A stretch of DNA of 64,000 nt from Bacteroidaceae bacterium (GCA_045597365.1 JAZLKB010000059.1:9217-73216), one strand, 5' to 3'. Shown: positions 9,499 through 21,030, numbered from the stretch's first letter. A program made the numbers and translations. The notes: a model not told the origin generated them from the letters alone.

Positions 9499-11532
9499 AT
9501 GGCAGGTCTTTTCGATAATATAGAGGCTGACGATAAGTCGCGCATCGTAGAGCTGAGAGCTCTGTTGAATGAGTACAACAGAATGTACTATGTTCAAAAC
9601 GCTCCAGTAATATCGGATTTCGAGTTTGACAGTCTGATGCGCGAGCTTATGGATTTGGAGAGACAATATCCCGAAATGGCAGACCCGGACTCACCGACGC
9701 AACGTGTAGGCAGTGATTTGTCCAAGGGGTTCAGACAGGTGTCGCACAAATATCCTATGCTATCGCTCGACAACACGTATAATGAGCAGGAGGTTGGTGA
9801 TTTCGTACGGCGGGCTACGGCCTCACTTGGAGGTGAGAAGTTTGAGATCTGCTGCGAATTGAAGTTTGACGGATTGTCAATATCGTTAATGTATCACAAT
9901 GGCAAGTTGGTACAGGCTGTAACTCGGGGAGATGGGGTAAAAGGTGATGATGTGACTGATAATGTTCGTAAAATCAACAGCATACCTCAAATTCTTGAAG
10001 GGAGCGGATGGCCGGTCGATTTTGAGATTCGCGGAGAAATCCTGATGCCTTGGAGCTCGTTTGACCGCTTGAACCGCGAGCGGGAGCTACAGGAAGAGCC
10101 TCTGTTTGCCAATCCGCGCAATGCGGCTTCCGGTACATTGAAACTTCAGAATCCGGAAATTGTCGGGCAGAGAGGACTGGACTCATATCTATACTACCTT
10201 TTAGGCGAAGATCTGCCCTTCAACGGTCATTACGATAATATGATGGCTGCTCGCGGGTGGGGGTTCAAAGTATCGGAATATATGCGTAAATGCACTTCGA
10301 TTACCGAAGTGATGGAATTCATAAGGTATTGGGATACAGAACGAAAGAACCTTCCAGTCGCAACGGATGGTATAGTCTTGAAAATCGACTCACTTGAGCA
10401 GCAGCAGCGTCTTGGGTTTAAGGCTAAGTCCCCGAGGTGGGCCATAGCGTACAAGTTCCAGGCAGAGAAGGCATTGGCACGTCTGGAAAGTATCTCTTAC
10501 CAAGTTGGCCGTACAGGAGCAGTAACCCCTGTGGCGAATTTGTCACCGGTTCAGCTTTCAGGCACAATGGTGCGGCGCGCTACACTGCATAATCAGGATT
10601 TCGTAGAGAATCTGGACCTGCACATAGGCGATATGGTCTGGGTGGAGAAAGGTGGAGAAATCATACCGAAGATAACCGCAGTCGATATGGCTTCGCGTGA
10701 TGGGAGTACCGGTCCTAAGGCAGAGTTTGTTTGCATATGTCCGGAATGTGGCGCAAAACTCGTAAGGTATGAAGGCGAAGCGGCGAATTATTGTCCGAAC
10801 AGCAGCAGTTGTCCACCTCAAATCAAGGGCCGCATAGAGCATTTTATAAGCCGTAAGGCTATGAACATTGACGGCCTCGGCCCAGAGACAGTCGATTTGC
10901 TGTACAAACGCGGATTATTAAATGATTTTACAGACCTTTATTCGCTGAAGGTAAATGATATAGCTATACTGGATAGGTTGGGAGAAAAATCAGCCTCAAA
11001 TATGGTGTCAAGTATAGCGAATAGTAAAAATACACCTTTTGAAAGAGTACTATTCGCGTTGGGGGTACGCTTTGTTGGCGAGGTTGTGGCGCGTAATTTG
11101 GCCCGTTCGTTCAAATCACTTGAGGCATTGGAACACGCTACGGTCGAAGAACTCGTGGCAGTCGATGAGATAGGTCTGAAAATTGCACAAAGTGTGACTG
11201 AATATTTTGCCGATTCAAAGAATCAGGAAATAATACGTAAAATTTACTCAATCGGCTTGAGAACTTCGGTTTCAGAGAGTCTGATTGAAGATAACGGACT
11301 GTTGTCCGGCAAGACAATAGTTATAAGTGGTGTATTTTTGCATCATTCCCGCGAGGAATACAAGGAGATTATTGAGAAAAACGGTGGTAAGAATGCAGGA
11401 AGTATCTCATCCAAGACCACATTTGTACTCGCCGGCCGGAATATGGGGCCCGCCAAGAAAGAGAAAGCTCTTCAATCAGGAGTTCCATTAATTGATGAGG
11501 ATGAGTTTATTAATATGTTGAATAATAATTAA
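9499..11532 (+). CDS. ligA: NAD-dependent DNA ligase
   Basis: KxDG adenylation motif (CELKFDGLS), Zn-finger CPECGAKLV...CPN, HhH region and C-terminal BRCT ([10 protein letters not shown]). The start was moved to ATG 9499. Confidence 0.95.
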   Translation: MAGLFDNIEADDKSRIVELRALLNEYNRMYYVQNAPVISDFEFDSLMRELMDLERQYPEMADPDSPTQRVGSDLSKGFRQVSHKYPMLSLDNTYNEQEVGDFVRRATASLGGEKFEICCELKFDGLSISLMYHNGKLVQAVTRGDGVKGDDVTDNVRKINSIPQILEGSGWPVDFEIRGEILMPWSSFDRLNRERELQEEPLFANPRNAASGTLKLQNPEIVGQRGLDSYLYYLLGEDLPFNGHYDNMMAARGWGFKVSEYMRKCTSITEVMEFIRYWDTERKNLPVATDGIVLKIDSLEQQQRLGFKAKSPRWAIAYKFQAEKALARLESISYQVGRTGAVTPVANLSPVQLSGTMVRRATLHNQDFVENLDLHIGDMVWVEKGGEIIPKITAVDMASRDGSTGPKAEFVCICPECGAKLVRYEGEAANYCPNSSSCPPQIKGRIEHFISRKAMNIDGLGPETVDLLYKRGLLNDFTDLYSLKVNDIAILDRLGEKSASNMVSSIANSKNTPFERVLFALGVRFVGEVVARNLARSFKSLEALEHATVEELVAVDEIGLKIAQSVTEYFADSKNQEIIRKIYSIGLRTSVSESLIEDNGLLSGKTIVISGVFLHHSREEYKEIIEKNGGKNAGSISSKTTFVLAGRNMGPAKKEKALQSGVPLIDEDEFINMLNNN

Positions 11533-11543
11533 TTATAATAATA

Positions 11544-12431
11544 ATGAGAAGCAATCCATTCAAAGGATATGGGGTAGCGTTGGTTACACCATTCAACCAT
11601 GATGGTAGTGTTGATTTCGATTCACTTGCAAAACTGATTGATTTTCAGATTGATAATGGTGTGGATTTTATCTGTGCCCTAGGTACTACAGCCGAGACAC
11701 CGACTCTTGAAGATGCTGAATATCAAGATATTCTGGATTTCATAATATCTCGTACGGCAGGCCGTATTCCTGTTATGGCAGGTTGTGGAGACAATTGCAC
11801 GTCCCGTCTTGCAAAGCGTCTGTCTGCAATTCGTTTCAATGGTGTACAAGCCATATTATCTTGTGTGCCCGCTTACAATAAGCCGTCACAAGAAGGTATA
11901 TATCAGCATTTTATTGAAATAGCCAAATCTTCTCCATTGCCAATTGTCCTATATAATGTTCCCGGGAGGACAGGCGTGAATATGAGTCCGGGTACAATCT
12001 CACGGCTGATATCTGCCTCTGATAAATTCATTGCCATCAAGGAGGCTTCCGGAAACCTGCAACAGGCAAAGGAACTTATCGATATGGCAAAGGACGGTTT
12101 CGAAGTTATCTGCGGAGATGATTCTCTTACCTGCGATATGATGCGGAATGGTGCGGCAGGTATAATCTCAGTGATAGGAAATGCCATACCCCAGACTTTC
12201 AGTAAAATGGTTCATTTATGTATGGACGGAGATTTTGAGGCGGCACAAGCCATCAATAAGTCTCTCAATCCCTTATACCCACTGCTGTTCAAAGAAGGAA
12301 GTCCTTGTGGAATAAAATCGTTATTATCGCATAAAGGTATCGTTAATAATGTGTTACGCCTGCCTATGACTCCAATAAGCCCACAACTGCAAGACGAAAT
12401 CATCAACGGATTTGCCGATATTGCCAAATAA
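11544..12431 (+). CDS. dapA: 4-hydroxy-tetrahydrodipicolinate synthase
   Basis: GTTAETPTL, YNVPGRTG and IKEASGN (active-site Lys) motifs. Confidence 0.9.
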   Translation: MRSNPFKGYGVALVTPFNHDGSVDFDSLAKLIDFQIDNGVDFICALGTTAETPTLEDAEYQDILDFIISRTAGRIPVMAGCGDNCTSRLAKRLSAIRFNGVQAILSCVPAYNKPSQEGIYQHFIEIAKSSPLPIVLYNVPGRTGVNMSPGTISRLISASDKFIAIKEASGNLQQAKELIDMAKDGFEVICGDDSLTCDMMRNGAAGIISVIGNAIPQTFSKMVHLCMDGDFEAAQAINKSLNPLYPLLFKEGSPCGIKSLLSHKGIVNNVLRLPMTPISPQLQDEIINGFADIAK

Positions 12432-12453
12432 CGACATAAGCACCAGTTTTAAA

Positions 12454-13731
12454 ATGAGGATATTTAAATTAGTTTCAGTATTGTCGATGGCCGTTGTAGC
12501 CCTGTTCTTTGCCGAATGTTCGGGTAGTAAATCGTCAAATACTGATAATGAAGATATTATTACAGATTCAATAAACCGGAAATGGGGTATAAATGTCGAT
12601 GACTACGTTATCAACGACGGTATTATCAAAAACGGACAGATTCTGTCAAGCCTTCTGGAAACTTACGGCGTAGGCCCGCAGGTTGCAGGAGAACTCGAGA
12701 AAGTCTCGGCTGATGTATTCAGTGTCAGGAAGTTAAGAGCTGGGAAAAACTACCATATCCTACAAACCAAAGACTCTTTGGAACAGGCAGACTGGTTTGT
12801 TTATGAAGTTTCTCCTATCGTAAATGCTGTCTATTCACTTCGCGACAGCATATATTGTTATTTAGACACAGTTCCAACCGATACAATACAAAGACATATT
12901 TCCGGGAAGATAACCTCTTCTTTATGGAACGCTATGATTGACTGCGGCGCCTCGTACGAGCTTTCAGGACTCATTTCCGATATGTACTCTTGGACCATTG
13001 ACTTCTTCGGGGTGCAGCAGGGAGACTCATTCTCAGTATATTATCAGGATATAACAGTGAATGATACCACCCGTGTGGCTACGGATAAGATTCTTGCCTC
13101 CAACTTCATCACAGCCGGAGCTGACCATTATGCATTCTATTATGTATATAGAGAGGGGCGCGGCGAGTATTTCGATGAGAAAGGCAACAGCTTGCGGCGC
13201 GCATTTCTTAAAGCTCCTTTGAGCTATACCCGTATAAGCTCTACTTTCTCGAATGCCCGTAAACATCCCATTACCAAGGTTGTAAGAGCGCATCATGGAG
13301 TCGATTATGCCGCTCCTTCGGGCACGCCCGTCTATTCGGTAGGCGATGGTGTGGTTACAGTCAAAGGATGGGACAGCAAAGGTGGAGGAAATTATCTGAA
13401 AATAAAGCACAATGGCACATATACCACTGAGTATATGCATCTTAAGGGCTTTGCTAAAGGTATAAGCCAAGGGACTCACGTAAAGCAGGGACAGTTGATC
13501 GGGTATGTCGGTGCAACAGGAATGGCTACAGGCCCCCATTTGGATTACAGGGTGTTCAAAGATGGCACGGCCATTAATCCTTTGCGTATGGATTTGCCGG
13601 CTGTTGATCCTATTGCTGCAGCAGACATGCCGCAATATCTCAGTAGCGTGAGGCAGTATATGGAGCTTATCGGAGCTGAGATTCCAGACAGCACCCAGTT
13701 TCAAGCTAATCAAACTGACAGCATAAAGTAA
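12454..13731 (+). CDS. M23-family metallopeptidase (peptidoglycan DD-endopeptidase-like)
   Basis: Signal/lipobox-like N-terminus, HHGVDYAAPSGTPV and GATGMATGPHLDYRV motifs. The start is at ATG 12454. Confidence 0.85.
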   Translation: MRIFKLVSVLSMAVVALFFAECSGSKSSNTDNEDIITDSINRKWGINVDDYVINDGIIKNGQILSSLLETYGVGPQVAGELEKVSADVFSVRKLRAGKNYHILQTKDSLEQADWFVYEVSPIVNAVYSLRDSIYCYLDTVPTDTIQRHISGKITSSLWNAMIDCGASYELSGLISDMYSWTIDFFGVQQGDSFSVYYQDITVNDTTRVATDKILASNFITAGADHYAFYYVYREGRGEYFDEKGNSLRRAFLKAPLSYTRISSTFSNARKHPITKVVRAHHGVDYAAPSGTPVYSVGDGVVTVKGWDSKGGGNYLKIKHNGTYTTEYMHLKGFAKGISQGTHVKQGQLIGYVGATGMATGPHLDYRVFKDGTAINPLRMDLPAVDPIAAADMPQYLSSVRQYMELIGAEIPDSTQFQANQTDSIK

Positions 13732-13747
13732 ACTAAACAAATATGAT

Positions 13748-14719
13748 ATGAGAAATGTAGGAATAATAGGTTCCGGCTGGATAGCCGACAAAATGGCCGA
13801 GACGCTCACTGGTCTTGACCCATCCATGAAATATGCCATAGCGTCGCGTGACATCGCGAAAGCACGTGCTTTTGCCTCACACTGGGGATTCAAGAAAGCG
13901 TATGGCTCGTACCGCGAACTTGTCGATGACCCTGATGTTGACCTTGTATATATAGCAACGCCGCATTCTCATCATTTTGAGAATGCGTCAATGGCAATCG
14001 AGGCAGGAAAGCCGGTGCTGTGCGAGAAAGCTTTTACCGCAAATGCCCGTCAGGCATATCAATTGCTCGATCTGGCTCATAAAAAAGGTATTTTCATTAC
14101 TGAGGCCATCTGGACACGGTATATGCCGCTGTCATTGAAGATAAAGGAGTTGCTGGACAATGGCGTAATCGGCCAGCCCCGTCTGCTCAATGCCAGTCTT
14201 TGCTATTATATGGAATTCAAAGAACGTATCCTCAGGCCTGATTTGTGCGGAGGCGCGTTGCTCGACCTTGGCGTCTATAGCCTGAATTTCTGCCGTATGT
14301 ATTTTGGGGCCGACATAGCTGCTACTACATCGTCCTGCATAAAGAGTGATACCGGTATGGATATGCATAATTTCATATCATTGAGATACAACGACGGCAG
14401 AATGGCAAATCTGCAGTCAAGTACCCTTTGTCTATGCGGGCGGCTCGGACAGATATGTGGAACAGAAGGTTATCTTATTGTGAATAACATCAATTGTCCG
14501 GAGCGTGTCACCGTTTATAAAGACTACAAGCCCGTGCAGATAATAGATGCTCCTGAAACGCAGATAACCGGCTATGAGTATCAGGTCACAGCCTCGTTCG
14601 ACGCAATCGGCAAAGGTTTGCTCGAGTCACCATATATGCCTCATCAGGAGACACTTGACGTAATGCGCCAGATGGATTCGCTGCGGGCAGAGTGGGGCGT
14701 AGTCTATCCGATGGATTAA
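13748..14719 (+). CDS. Gfo/Idh/MocA-family NAD(P)-dependent oxidoreductase
   Basis: N-terminal Rossmann motif VGIIGSGWIADKMA and the EKAF motif (CEKAFTANA). Confidence 0.8.
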   Translation: MRNVGIIGSGWIADKMAETLTGLDPSMKYAIASRDIAKARAFASHWGFKKAYGSYRELVDDPDVDLVYIATPHSHHFENASMAIEAGKPVLCEKAFTANARQAYQLLDLAHKKGIFITEAIWTRYMPLSLKIKELLDNGVIGQPRLLNASLCYYMEFKERILRPDLCGGALLDLGVYSLNFCRMYFGADIAATTSSCIKSDTGMDMHNFISLRYNDGRMANLQSSTLCLCGRLGQICGTEGYLIVNNINCPERVTVYKDYKPVQIIDAPETQITGYEYQVTASFDAIGKGLLESPYMPHQETLDVMRQMDSLRAEWGVVYPMD

Positions 14720-14741
14720 GAACCTGTTTGATATTCCACAA

Positions 14742-15200
14742 ATGAAACGGATATTGTTTATATGTCACGGCAACATCTGCAGAAGTCCGATGGCCGAGTT
14801 CATTATGAAATCACTTGTCAGGGAGCGCGGTTGTGAGGAAGGATTTTATATTGAGTCGGCAGCCGTATCGGAAGAAGAGATAGGAAATACTATATATCCG
14901 CCGGCAAAACGTTGTCTTGCAGGTCACGGAATATGGTTCGACCCAGAGAAGAGGGCCAGAAGAATGACGCGCTCGGATTACGACCGGTTCGATATGATAA
15001 TATATATGGACCGCAGCAATCTGAACTGGCTGAGGCATATAATAGACGGTGATGCGGAAGGCAAGCTGAGTATGATGATGTCATATACCGGACAGCAGCG
15101 TGATGTGGCCGATCCGTGGTACACGGGCGATTTTGAGCGTACATTCAACGATATCCACGCAGGGTGCAGCGCACTTCTTGATTTTCTTGTAAAATATTAA
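14742..15200 (+). CDS. Low-molecular-weight protein-tyrosine phosphatase
   Basis: P-loop CHGNICRSPMAE (C-X5-R-S) and C-terminal DPWY. Confidence 0.85.
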   Translation: MKRILFICHGNICRSPMAEFIMKSLVRERGCEEGFYIESAAVSEEEIGNTIYPPAKRCLAGHGIWFDPEKRARRMTRSDYDRFDMIIYMDRSNLNWLRHIIDGDAEGKLSMMMSYTGQQRDVADPWYTGDFERTFNDIHAGCSALLDFLVKY

Positions 15201-15213
15201 TAATTAGGGCAAT

Positions 15214-17589
15214 ATGAGGGCTTATGTCAAGGTCGTGATTTTCTATATGCTCACCGCCGTACTGGCGGGCTGTGGCAGCAAAATCCAGAACAATGAGTAT
15301 AAAAGTGTCCAGCCGTTCCAGACCGATGAGTCAAAGGCGTTCGTTGACAGTCTGTACAACAGTATGTCGGTATATGAGCGTGCCGCGCAGCTTTACAGCA
15401 TTCAGCCTCAGGACGTTATGATTGACGGCGAGGTTTCGGTGGAGTTGTGCCGCGAGAAGATTCCGTATGGCATCGGACACGTGTGCCAGTTCACCAGTAA
15501 TCTTGATGTCCCTGCTGAGCGTCTGCGCGAGATTGCTGCGCAGATACAGGAATATCTTATAAACGAGTCGTCCGCGCATATTCCTGCCATTCTTCACGAG
15601 GAGTGCATCACCGGTCTGACGGCTAAAGACGCCACGATATATCCGCAGCAGATTGGTCTGGCCTGTTCGTGGAATCCGGAACTGGCACGTGTCAAGACCA
15701 CACAGACGGCCATTCAGATGCGTTCTGTTGGTGTGACGATGGCTCTTTCGCCTATGACTGACATTATCCGCAATCCTTCCTGGTGCCGTGGCGAGGAATC
15801 ATACGGCGAGGACGGCTATCTGTCGGCCGCAATGGCATCGGCTTTTGTAGAGGGCTTGCAGAGCGAGGGTCTGCACGACGGCATAGCAGCCTGTACAAAA
15901 CATTTCCTTGGATATGGAGGCGGTAACACATTGTCATGGAAGGAGATATGCGAGGAGGTCCTGTTCCCGCACGAAGTGTGTATACGGCAGGCTGGCAGCA
16001 AGGCTGTGATGACTTGCTACGACCGCTTCCGCAGCGAGCAGGCAGTTACAAGCGATACGCTGATAAACGTGCTTTTACGTGACGGGCTGGGATATGACGG
16101 CATTTTTGTAAGCGACTATCTGTCAATCGGATATAAGGGCAATAATCCTGACAGCCTGAAGCTGACGGCTGCGATGGCTGTCAATACAGGTAACGACCTT
16201 GAATTCTGCAATGGCGATAATTATCAGTATCTTCCGGAGCTTCTTGAGCAGGGACTGGTTGATGAACTGGCTTTTGAGAAGGCTGTAAAGCGCGCTCTTA
16301 CAATGAAATATAACGTCGGTCTGTTCGAAGAAGGCTACGGTATGAGCCAAGCCGTTGATTTGGACAATGACGAATGGAGAGCCACATCGTACCAGCTGGC
16401 CACACAGTCTATCGTACTCCTGAAGAACGACGGCGTACTGCCAATGTCGGGTACAGAGGGAGATATCGCCCTTGTAGGTCCGAACGCCAACGCTTTCTGC
16501 GCAATGCTCGGCGACTACACATATCCGTCGATGAGTTATTTCTGGCACGGCAACAAGATGGATCCCGAGAGTCCGCACATCGTTTCCTTGCGCGAGGGTC
16601 TTGAGGACAGGCTTCAAGACGCCAGACTAAACTACGCCCGCGGGTGTGAGTGGAGCGTGCCGGGCGAACTAACTTTGAATTTCGGCGGTGACCCCAGGAT
16701 AAAGGCTCTTACAACAGGTTTGATTCCCGAGGATGAAGAAACCGACTGGGACAAGGCGGTGGCCATGGCTGCGGGTTGCGACATAATAATAGCGGCGATG
16801 GGTGAGAATCCTGCTCTCTGCGGTGAGGGCCGCGAGCGTGTCGGCATACGCTTGCCGGGCCGTCAACAGGAGTTTGTATCGGACTTGATTGCTACAGGCA
16901 AGCCTGTCGTACTTGTCATATTCGGCGGTCGTCCACAATCGGTAAGCGATATAGCCGATGGCTGCGCCGCGATTGTCCAGGCCTGGTATCCGGGCGAGGA
17001 GGGCGGTCACGCCGTAGCCGATATCCTGCTTGGTAATGTGAATCCATCTGCCAGACTGTCAATCACTTATCCTAATTACGAGATAGACAGCCAGTTCAGT
17101 TACACATACGGCGAAACCAGCGATTATGTGGCATATCCGTTTGGCTACGGTCTGTCATACACTACATTCGATGTTTCCAGTTGCAATGCCATGTACGATA
17201 ACAATGTGATTGAGCTTGAGTGCAGTGTGTCGAATACCGGTAACAGGTACGGAGAGACGGTTCTGCAGTTGTACTTATCACCCGACAGCGAGAATCCGCA
17301 GAATATCAAGCCTATACAGCTTAAGGGCTTCGCACGTGTCGGAATCGAGGCTGGCGCCAGCAGGAAAGTTACATTCCATCTGACAACAGATCAGCTGGCA
17401 AGCTGCATATTGCCGTCGGGCGCTCCCGGCAAAGATGCGTTCTGGCTGGTAGAGCAGGGCACTTATCTGTTAAAGCTCGGGTTCTCATCGCAGGACATCA
17501 GGACGGTTGTCCCCGTCAGCATAAAAGAAAGCCGCAAAATCGCTTTTGACGGACGTAAAGGACTAATCGCCCCAGTGGTGGTAAAATAG
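15214..17589 (+). CDS. Glycoside hydrolase family 3 (beta-glucosidase/beta-xylosidase-like) lipoprotein
   Basis: Lipobox LAGCGS. GH3 N-terminal motifs (KHFLGYGG, GIFVSDY), a C-terminal domain and an Fn3-like tail (GYGLSYTTF). Confidence 0.85.
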   Translation: MRAYVKVVIFYMLTAVLAGCGSKIQNNEYKSVQPFQTDESKAFVDSLYNSMSVYERAAQLYSIQPQDVMIDGEVSVELCREKIPYGIGHVCQFTSNLDVPAERLREIAAQIQEYLINESSAHIPAILHEECITGLTAKDATIYPQQIGLACSWNPELARVKTTQTAIQMRSVGVTMALSPMTDIIRNPSWCRGEESYGEDGYLSAAMASAFVEGLQSEGLHDGIAACTKHFLGYGGGNTLSWKEICEEVLFPHEVCIRQAGSKAVMTCYDRFRSEQAVTSDTLINVLLRDGLGYDGIFVSDYLSIGYKGNNPDSLKLTAAMAVNTGNDLEFCNGDNYQYLPELLEQGLVDELAFEKAVKRALTMKYNVGLFEEGYGMSQAVDLDNDEWRATSYQLATQSIVLLKNDGVLPMSGTEGDIALVGPNANAFCAMLGDYTYPSMSYFWHGNKMDPESPHIVSLREGLEDRLQDARLNYARGCEWSVPGELTLNFGGDPRIKALTTGLIPEDEETDWDKAVAMAAGCDIIIAAMGENPALCGEGRERVGIRLPGRQQEFVSDLIATGKPVVLVIFGGRPQSVSDIADGCAAIVQAWYPGEEGGHAVADILLGNVNPSARLSITYPNYEIDSQFSYTYGETSDYVAYPFGYGLSYTTFDVSSCNAMYDNNVIELECSVSNTGNRYGETVLQLYLSPDSENPQNIKPIQLKGFARVGIEAGASRKVTFHLTTDQLASCILPSGAPGKDAFWLVEQGTYLLKLGFSSQDIRTVVPVSIKESRKIAFDGRKGLIAPVVVK

Positions 17590-17638
17590 CATAACGCAGG
17601 TCAAGCGGGACCAGGAATTATTATCATGTTTTAAAATA

Positions 17639-18904
17639 ATGAGAATCAAAGCTTTACTTTTTTTCGTCCTTCCAGTCCTTTTTTCATGCGCATCCGAAGA
17701 CTTTGACAAAGACAGACTTGATGCATACTTTGACGCTCTCGCGGATGTTTATCAAGGCAGCGTGGCAGTGACAAAAAACGGAAAGAACATTTACTGTAAT
17801 TCAACAGGGAAAAAATATCTGACAGGTTCCATTTCGAAAACATTCACAGCAGTCCTTGTTTATCAGGCAGAGGCGGACGGACTGCTTTCAACTTCTGATA
17901 CTTTATCGAAGTACTTTCCCCAAATCAAAGGCTCTGCCGATATTACTTTGGACAATATGCTCTGCCATCGCAGCGGAATATACGATGTCTTTGAAGACAA
18001 GGACTATTGGGAATGGTACACATTACCTCAGTCGAGAGAAGAGCTGCTGTCACGTATGTCCTGTGCCCAGCCTCTATTTCCCGCAGGCACCCAGTCATCA
18101 TACTGCAACGGTAATTATGTTCTGCTGTCTTTCATTCTGGAGGATGTCTATGGAAAAAAGTTCGGGGAACTGGTTAAAGAAAAGATTGCAGAACCGTTAG
18201 GCTTGAATGATACCTATATCTGGACTGGAGCGGACGAAGCCAAGAAGGAATGCCGTTCCTATAAATATACCGGAGATTGGGAACTGCTGCCCGAGACCGA
18301 TCCGTCCGTTCCATACGGTGCCGGTGCTATAATGTCCACCCCCGAAGACCTGTGCGTTTTTGCCAATGCATTGTTCTCAGGGAAATTCGGAGATGATATC
18401 TTGTCAAAGATAACTGATGTGGCCGGTGATTACGGGCATGGCGTCTTCCATTATTCCTTCGGGCCTTATGAGGGAATAGGACATCTTGGGGGAATCGACG
18501 GATTCACCTCAGCTATGTTTTATTTTCCTGATGGCATGGTCGTCTCTTTATGCTCGAATGCTTCTGGAATCAATCAGAACGATGTGCTCCTAACCGTCCT
18601 TCAGTGCCTTCATGGACAGGAATTTGAGATTCCTGATTACGATTTCGCGACAATGACGGAAAAAGAGCTGTCAGACTATTGCGGAGTCTATTCATCAGCA
18701 GAGCTTGGCATGGACATTGAAGTCAGTTCGAACGGAAGGGTACTGCTTGCCCAGCCTTCAGGCCAGAATGCCCTGGTTCTGAATCTACAGAAAGATGGAG
18801 TTTTTGTCAATCTGCCAGGAGGACTTCTTTTCCGGATAGAGCCATCCTCAAACAAACTGACACTTATCCAAAATAGTCAAGAGTATCTTTTTGTCCGTGG
18901 TTGA
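17639..18904 (+). CDS. Serine hydrolase, class C beta-lactamase / PBP4*-like family
   Basis: Signal peptide, S-x-x-K motif (GSISKTF) and YCNGNY (Y-x-N). Confidence 0.8.
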   Translation: MRIKALLFFVLPVLFSCASEDFDKDRLDAYFDALADVYQGSVAVTKNGKNIYCNSTGKKYLTGSISKTFTAVLVYQAEADGLLSTSDTLSKYFPQIKGSADITLDNMLCHRSGIYDVFEDKDYWEWYTLPQSREELLSRMSCAQPLFPAGTQSSYCNGNYVLLSFILEDVYGKKFGELVKEKIAEPLGLNDTYIWTGADEAKKECRSYKYTGDWELLPETDPSVPYGAGAIMSTPEDLCVFANALFSGKFGDDILSKITDVAGDYGHGVFHYSFGPYEGIGHLGGIDGFTSAMFYFPDGMVVSLCSNASGINQNDVLLTVLQCLHGQEFEIPDYDFATMTEKELSDYCGVYSSAELGMDIEVSSNGRVLLAQPSGQNALVLNLQKDGVFVNLPGGLLFRIEPSSNKLTLIQNSQEYLFVRG

Positions 18905-19185
18905 AAATCAAGAAAAAGTGCAATTCTTCTATGCTGCCTTACAGAAATCAGCACAGATATTGAGGCACATCTGCGCTCTGGCAACGACAAGCTAATGGTT
19001 GTGTAAGATTTCCTATGCGGATGCTGTAGACGTTGTCATAGTTCCAACCAGTTCTCAAAGTCCTTGGTCTCTTCTTCGGAAAGTTCGACGTCGCCGTCGG
19101 GACGGACATTGCACGGATTATCCGAACACGCTCCATCGTTTCTCCTTCCGCCTTGCCTTCGGCAATACAATACCGGCGGCTCTGC

Positions 19186-19238
19186 ATTGATTCTTCTGCT
19201 CACCAGATCATCCCAACTTTGCTCTAGCGAATACCCAT
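19186..19238. repeat. 53-bp direct repeat, copy 1 (partner at 21031-21083)
   Basis: ATTGATTCTTCTGCTCACCAGATCATCCCAACTTTGCTCTAGCGAATACCCAT. It differs from copy 2 at 2 positions. The two copies bracket the ATPase gene. Confidence 0.85.
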
Positions 19239-19387
19239 GTAAAAGTTGTTATTTTATGATTATCATTTAATGGTAATGAGATAATCTTTTATATTTTTGC
19301 ATGTGCAGTAAGAGGCCAAAGAATACTTGCTTTTTAAGTTTCGCATGTTCCAAATTGCAGTCATCAAGGGGCTGTTAAGGAGGATAA

Positions 19388-19453
19388 AAAATTTGTAACT
19401 ACAAAGTTGAAAAAATGTAGTTACAACTTTTCAACTTTGTAGTTACAAATTTT
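19388..19453. terminator. 26-bp perfect inverted repeat hairpin (bidirectional terminator candidate)
   Basis: AAAATTTGTAACTACAAAGTTGAAAA (19388-19413) is the exact reverse complement of 19428-19453. The 14-nt loop carries a third TGTAGTTACAA copy. A- and T-tracts flank it, between convergent genes. Confidence 0.65.
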
Positions 19454-19541
19454 TATCAGCCCAATAGGGCACTAAAAGCAGACTCCCGAGGTGCGCTCCA
19501 AGGCGCAGGGCACGTCACGTCCTTGAGTGTTGCCCTGAAAT

Positions 19542-20924
19542 CTATCTGTGCAAAGCAATGACTTCTTGCGGCAGGATGGAATTACCCACATCTTCTTTGG
19601 GAGTCACCTTATTAAATAGGACAATCTCGACCTGCTTTCCTTTGGTAAAAGGTAAGGCTTCTGCTATCTTCTGTATCTCATTGGTGAGCAGACGCCCGTT
19701 CTCGCCGGAAGTCCATTTGCATTCACCAATCAGAATATGCTGTCTGTCCAATGATTCAGCCACGACATCCAACTCCACATCCTTGAATTCTCCATCGATA
19801 CAGACCTGCCCCCACCACCTTCTTGCTTCAGAGTATGTGATTCCGTTTATTGTATTGCCGGTCACAGCATCACGACAAAGCCTTTCCCACCAATATCCGG
19901 TCAATTCAGGCAACCGTTCGTCAAGCAGTCTGTCAATAAGTGAGGTTCTGCCCAACACAATGAATGAACGGTTTGCAGGCACAAAACTGTAATGGAAACT
20001 GAGAAACGGGTCTGCAATGCGATACAGGCTCTTCTTGTTATCTTTTACTGAAACTCCGAATGGAATGTCTTTTTCAAGATACCCCAAATCTATCAGCTTC
20101 GCCAACGGCCTTGAAAGATTGGTGGCCGGTTCACTGCATTTTGATGCAATTTCCTTCAGTCTTGTAGCTCCACCTCCGACTATTGTCATAATGGTTGCCG
20201 TCTTGACAATATCCTTGAGATCATCCCGGAAGAGATGCTGAGGTTCTTCGTACAATGCTCCGAAAGTAGATAGAATATGCTCGTCTATTGCCTCTCTGAG
20301 CGAAACAGAATTTTCCCTGAGTTTCCAGTATCTCGGAATACCACCCCAGATGGCGTAATTTTCGATAGTTTCGATATCATTGAGACCCAAAGCTTCCTGC
20401 AGATAAGGAAGTTTGATGGGGCCTATGTTGAAATCAGCCTCCTTTCTTCCAAACAACGGCGATGCCTCATCATGAGTGAGATTGTACATCATAGTCTGCG
20501 ATGACCCGCAAAGTACAATGTTGTATTTGAGTTCTCCTGAATCCAGAAGTGTCTGAACCACGGACGGAAGCGAGGTATCGCTTTCCACCAGATACGGAAA
20601 TTCGTCAAGACATAGGGTTATTTTCTCTGTAACCCTGTGGTTCAATGCAGTAAGCAACGCCCGCCAATTCTTGTACTGCGCATCGCCAAAGCCTTCATAA
20701 CGATGGGATATCACGTAACTCAGATTGGACATTTGAGTCGAAGCATCCGTCTTGTCTGCTTCGAAATAAATATCATTTTCCGTCAACACCCTTTTTATCA
20801 GCGTTGACTTTCCGACACGTCTTCGTCCCCGGATAATCGCGAACACGGGCTGCTCACTTGAAATCAACTTGGACAGTTTTTTCTGTTCAATGATTCTATC
20901 TACAAATTCCATATTTCGGCGCAT
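19542..20924 (-). CDS. AAA-type ATPase with C-terminal DUF234-like nuclease-fold domain (archaeal-ATPase family)
   Basis: Walker A GRRRVGKST, Walker B LCLDEFPYL, and the C-terminal motif VELDVVAESLD...ILIGECKW typical of DUF234. The start may be MEFVDR (20912). Confidence 0.8.
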   Translation of the reverse strand: MRRNMEFVDRIIEQKKLSKLISSEQPVFAIIRGRRRVGKSTLIKRVLTENDIYFEADKTDASTQMSNLSYVISHRYEGFGDAQYKNWRALLTALNHRVTEKITLCLDEFPYLVESDTSLPSVVQTLLDSGELKYNIVLCGSSQTMMYNLTHDEASPLFGRKEADFNIGPIKLPYLQEALGLNDIETIENYAIWGGIPRYWKLRENSVSLREAIDEHILSTFGALYEEPQHLFRDDLKDIVKTATIMTIVGGGATRLKEIASKCSEPATNLSRPLAKLIDLGYLEKDIPFGVSVKDNKKSLYRIADPFLSFHYSFVPANRSFIVLGRTSLIDRLLDERLPELTGYWWERLCRDAVTGNTINGITYSEARRWWGQVCIDGEFKDVELDVVAESLDRQHILIGECKWTSGENGRLLTNEIQKIAEALPFTKGKQVEIVLFNKVTPKEDVGNSILPQEVIALHR

Positions 20925-21030
20925 CTATTATTATGCGCTGCAAACATAATGTTTTTGGAGCATAACTGCAAATCAATAATTCGGATTTCGCAATGGCCTG
21001 ACTCTGAATTTCGTGTTTGATAGTATAGAG

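Noticed and set aside
13033-13893. 286-aa ORF antisense to the M23 peptidase gene. Similar long antisense ORFs lie at 7047-7598, 26348-27187, 32660-33193, 43115-43636, 44141-44668, 47706-48299 and 57192-57734.
   Set aside because: Each is fully overlapped by an opposite-strand gene with strong family motifs. Their own translations are low-complexity or motif-free, so I treat them as non-coding shadows.
18948-19270. Overlapping short ORFs (63-79 aa) on both strands downstream of the serine hydrolase gene
   Set aside because: The translations are Arg/Ser/Pro-rich with no motifs, and the ORFs overlap one another. One minus-strand frame (…SWDDLVSRRINAEPP…EETKDFENWLEL*) may be a gene relic that continues into the 53-bp repeat, but I cannot identify it.
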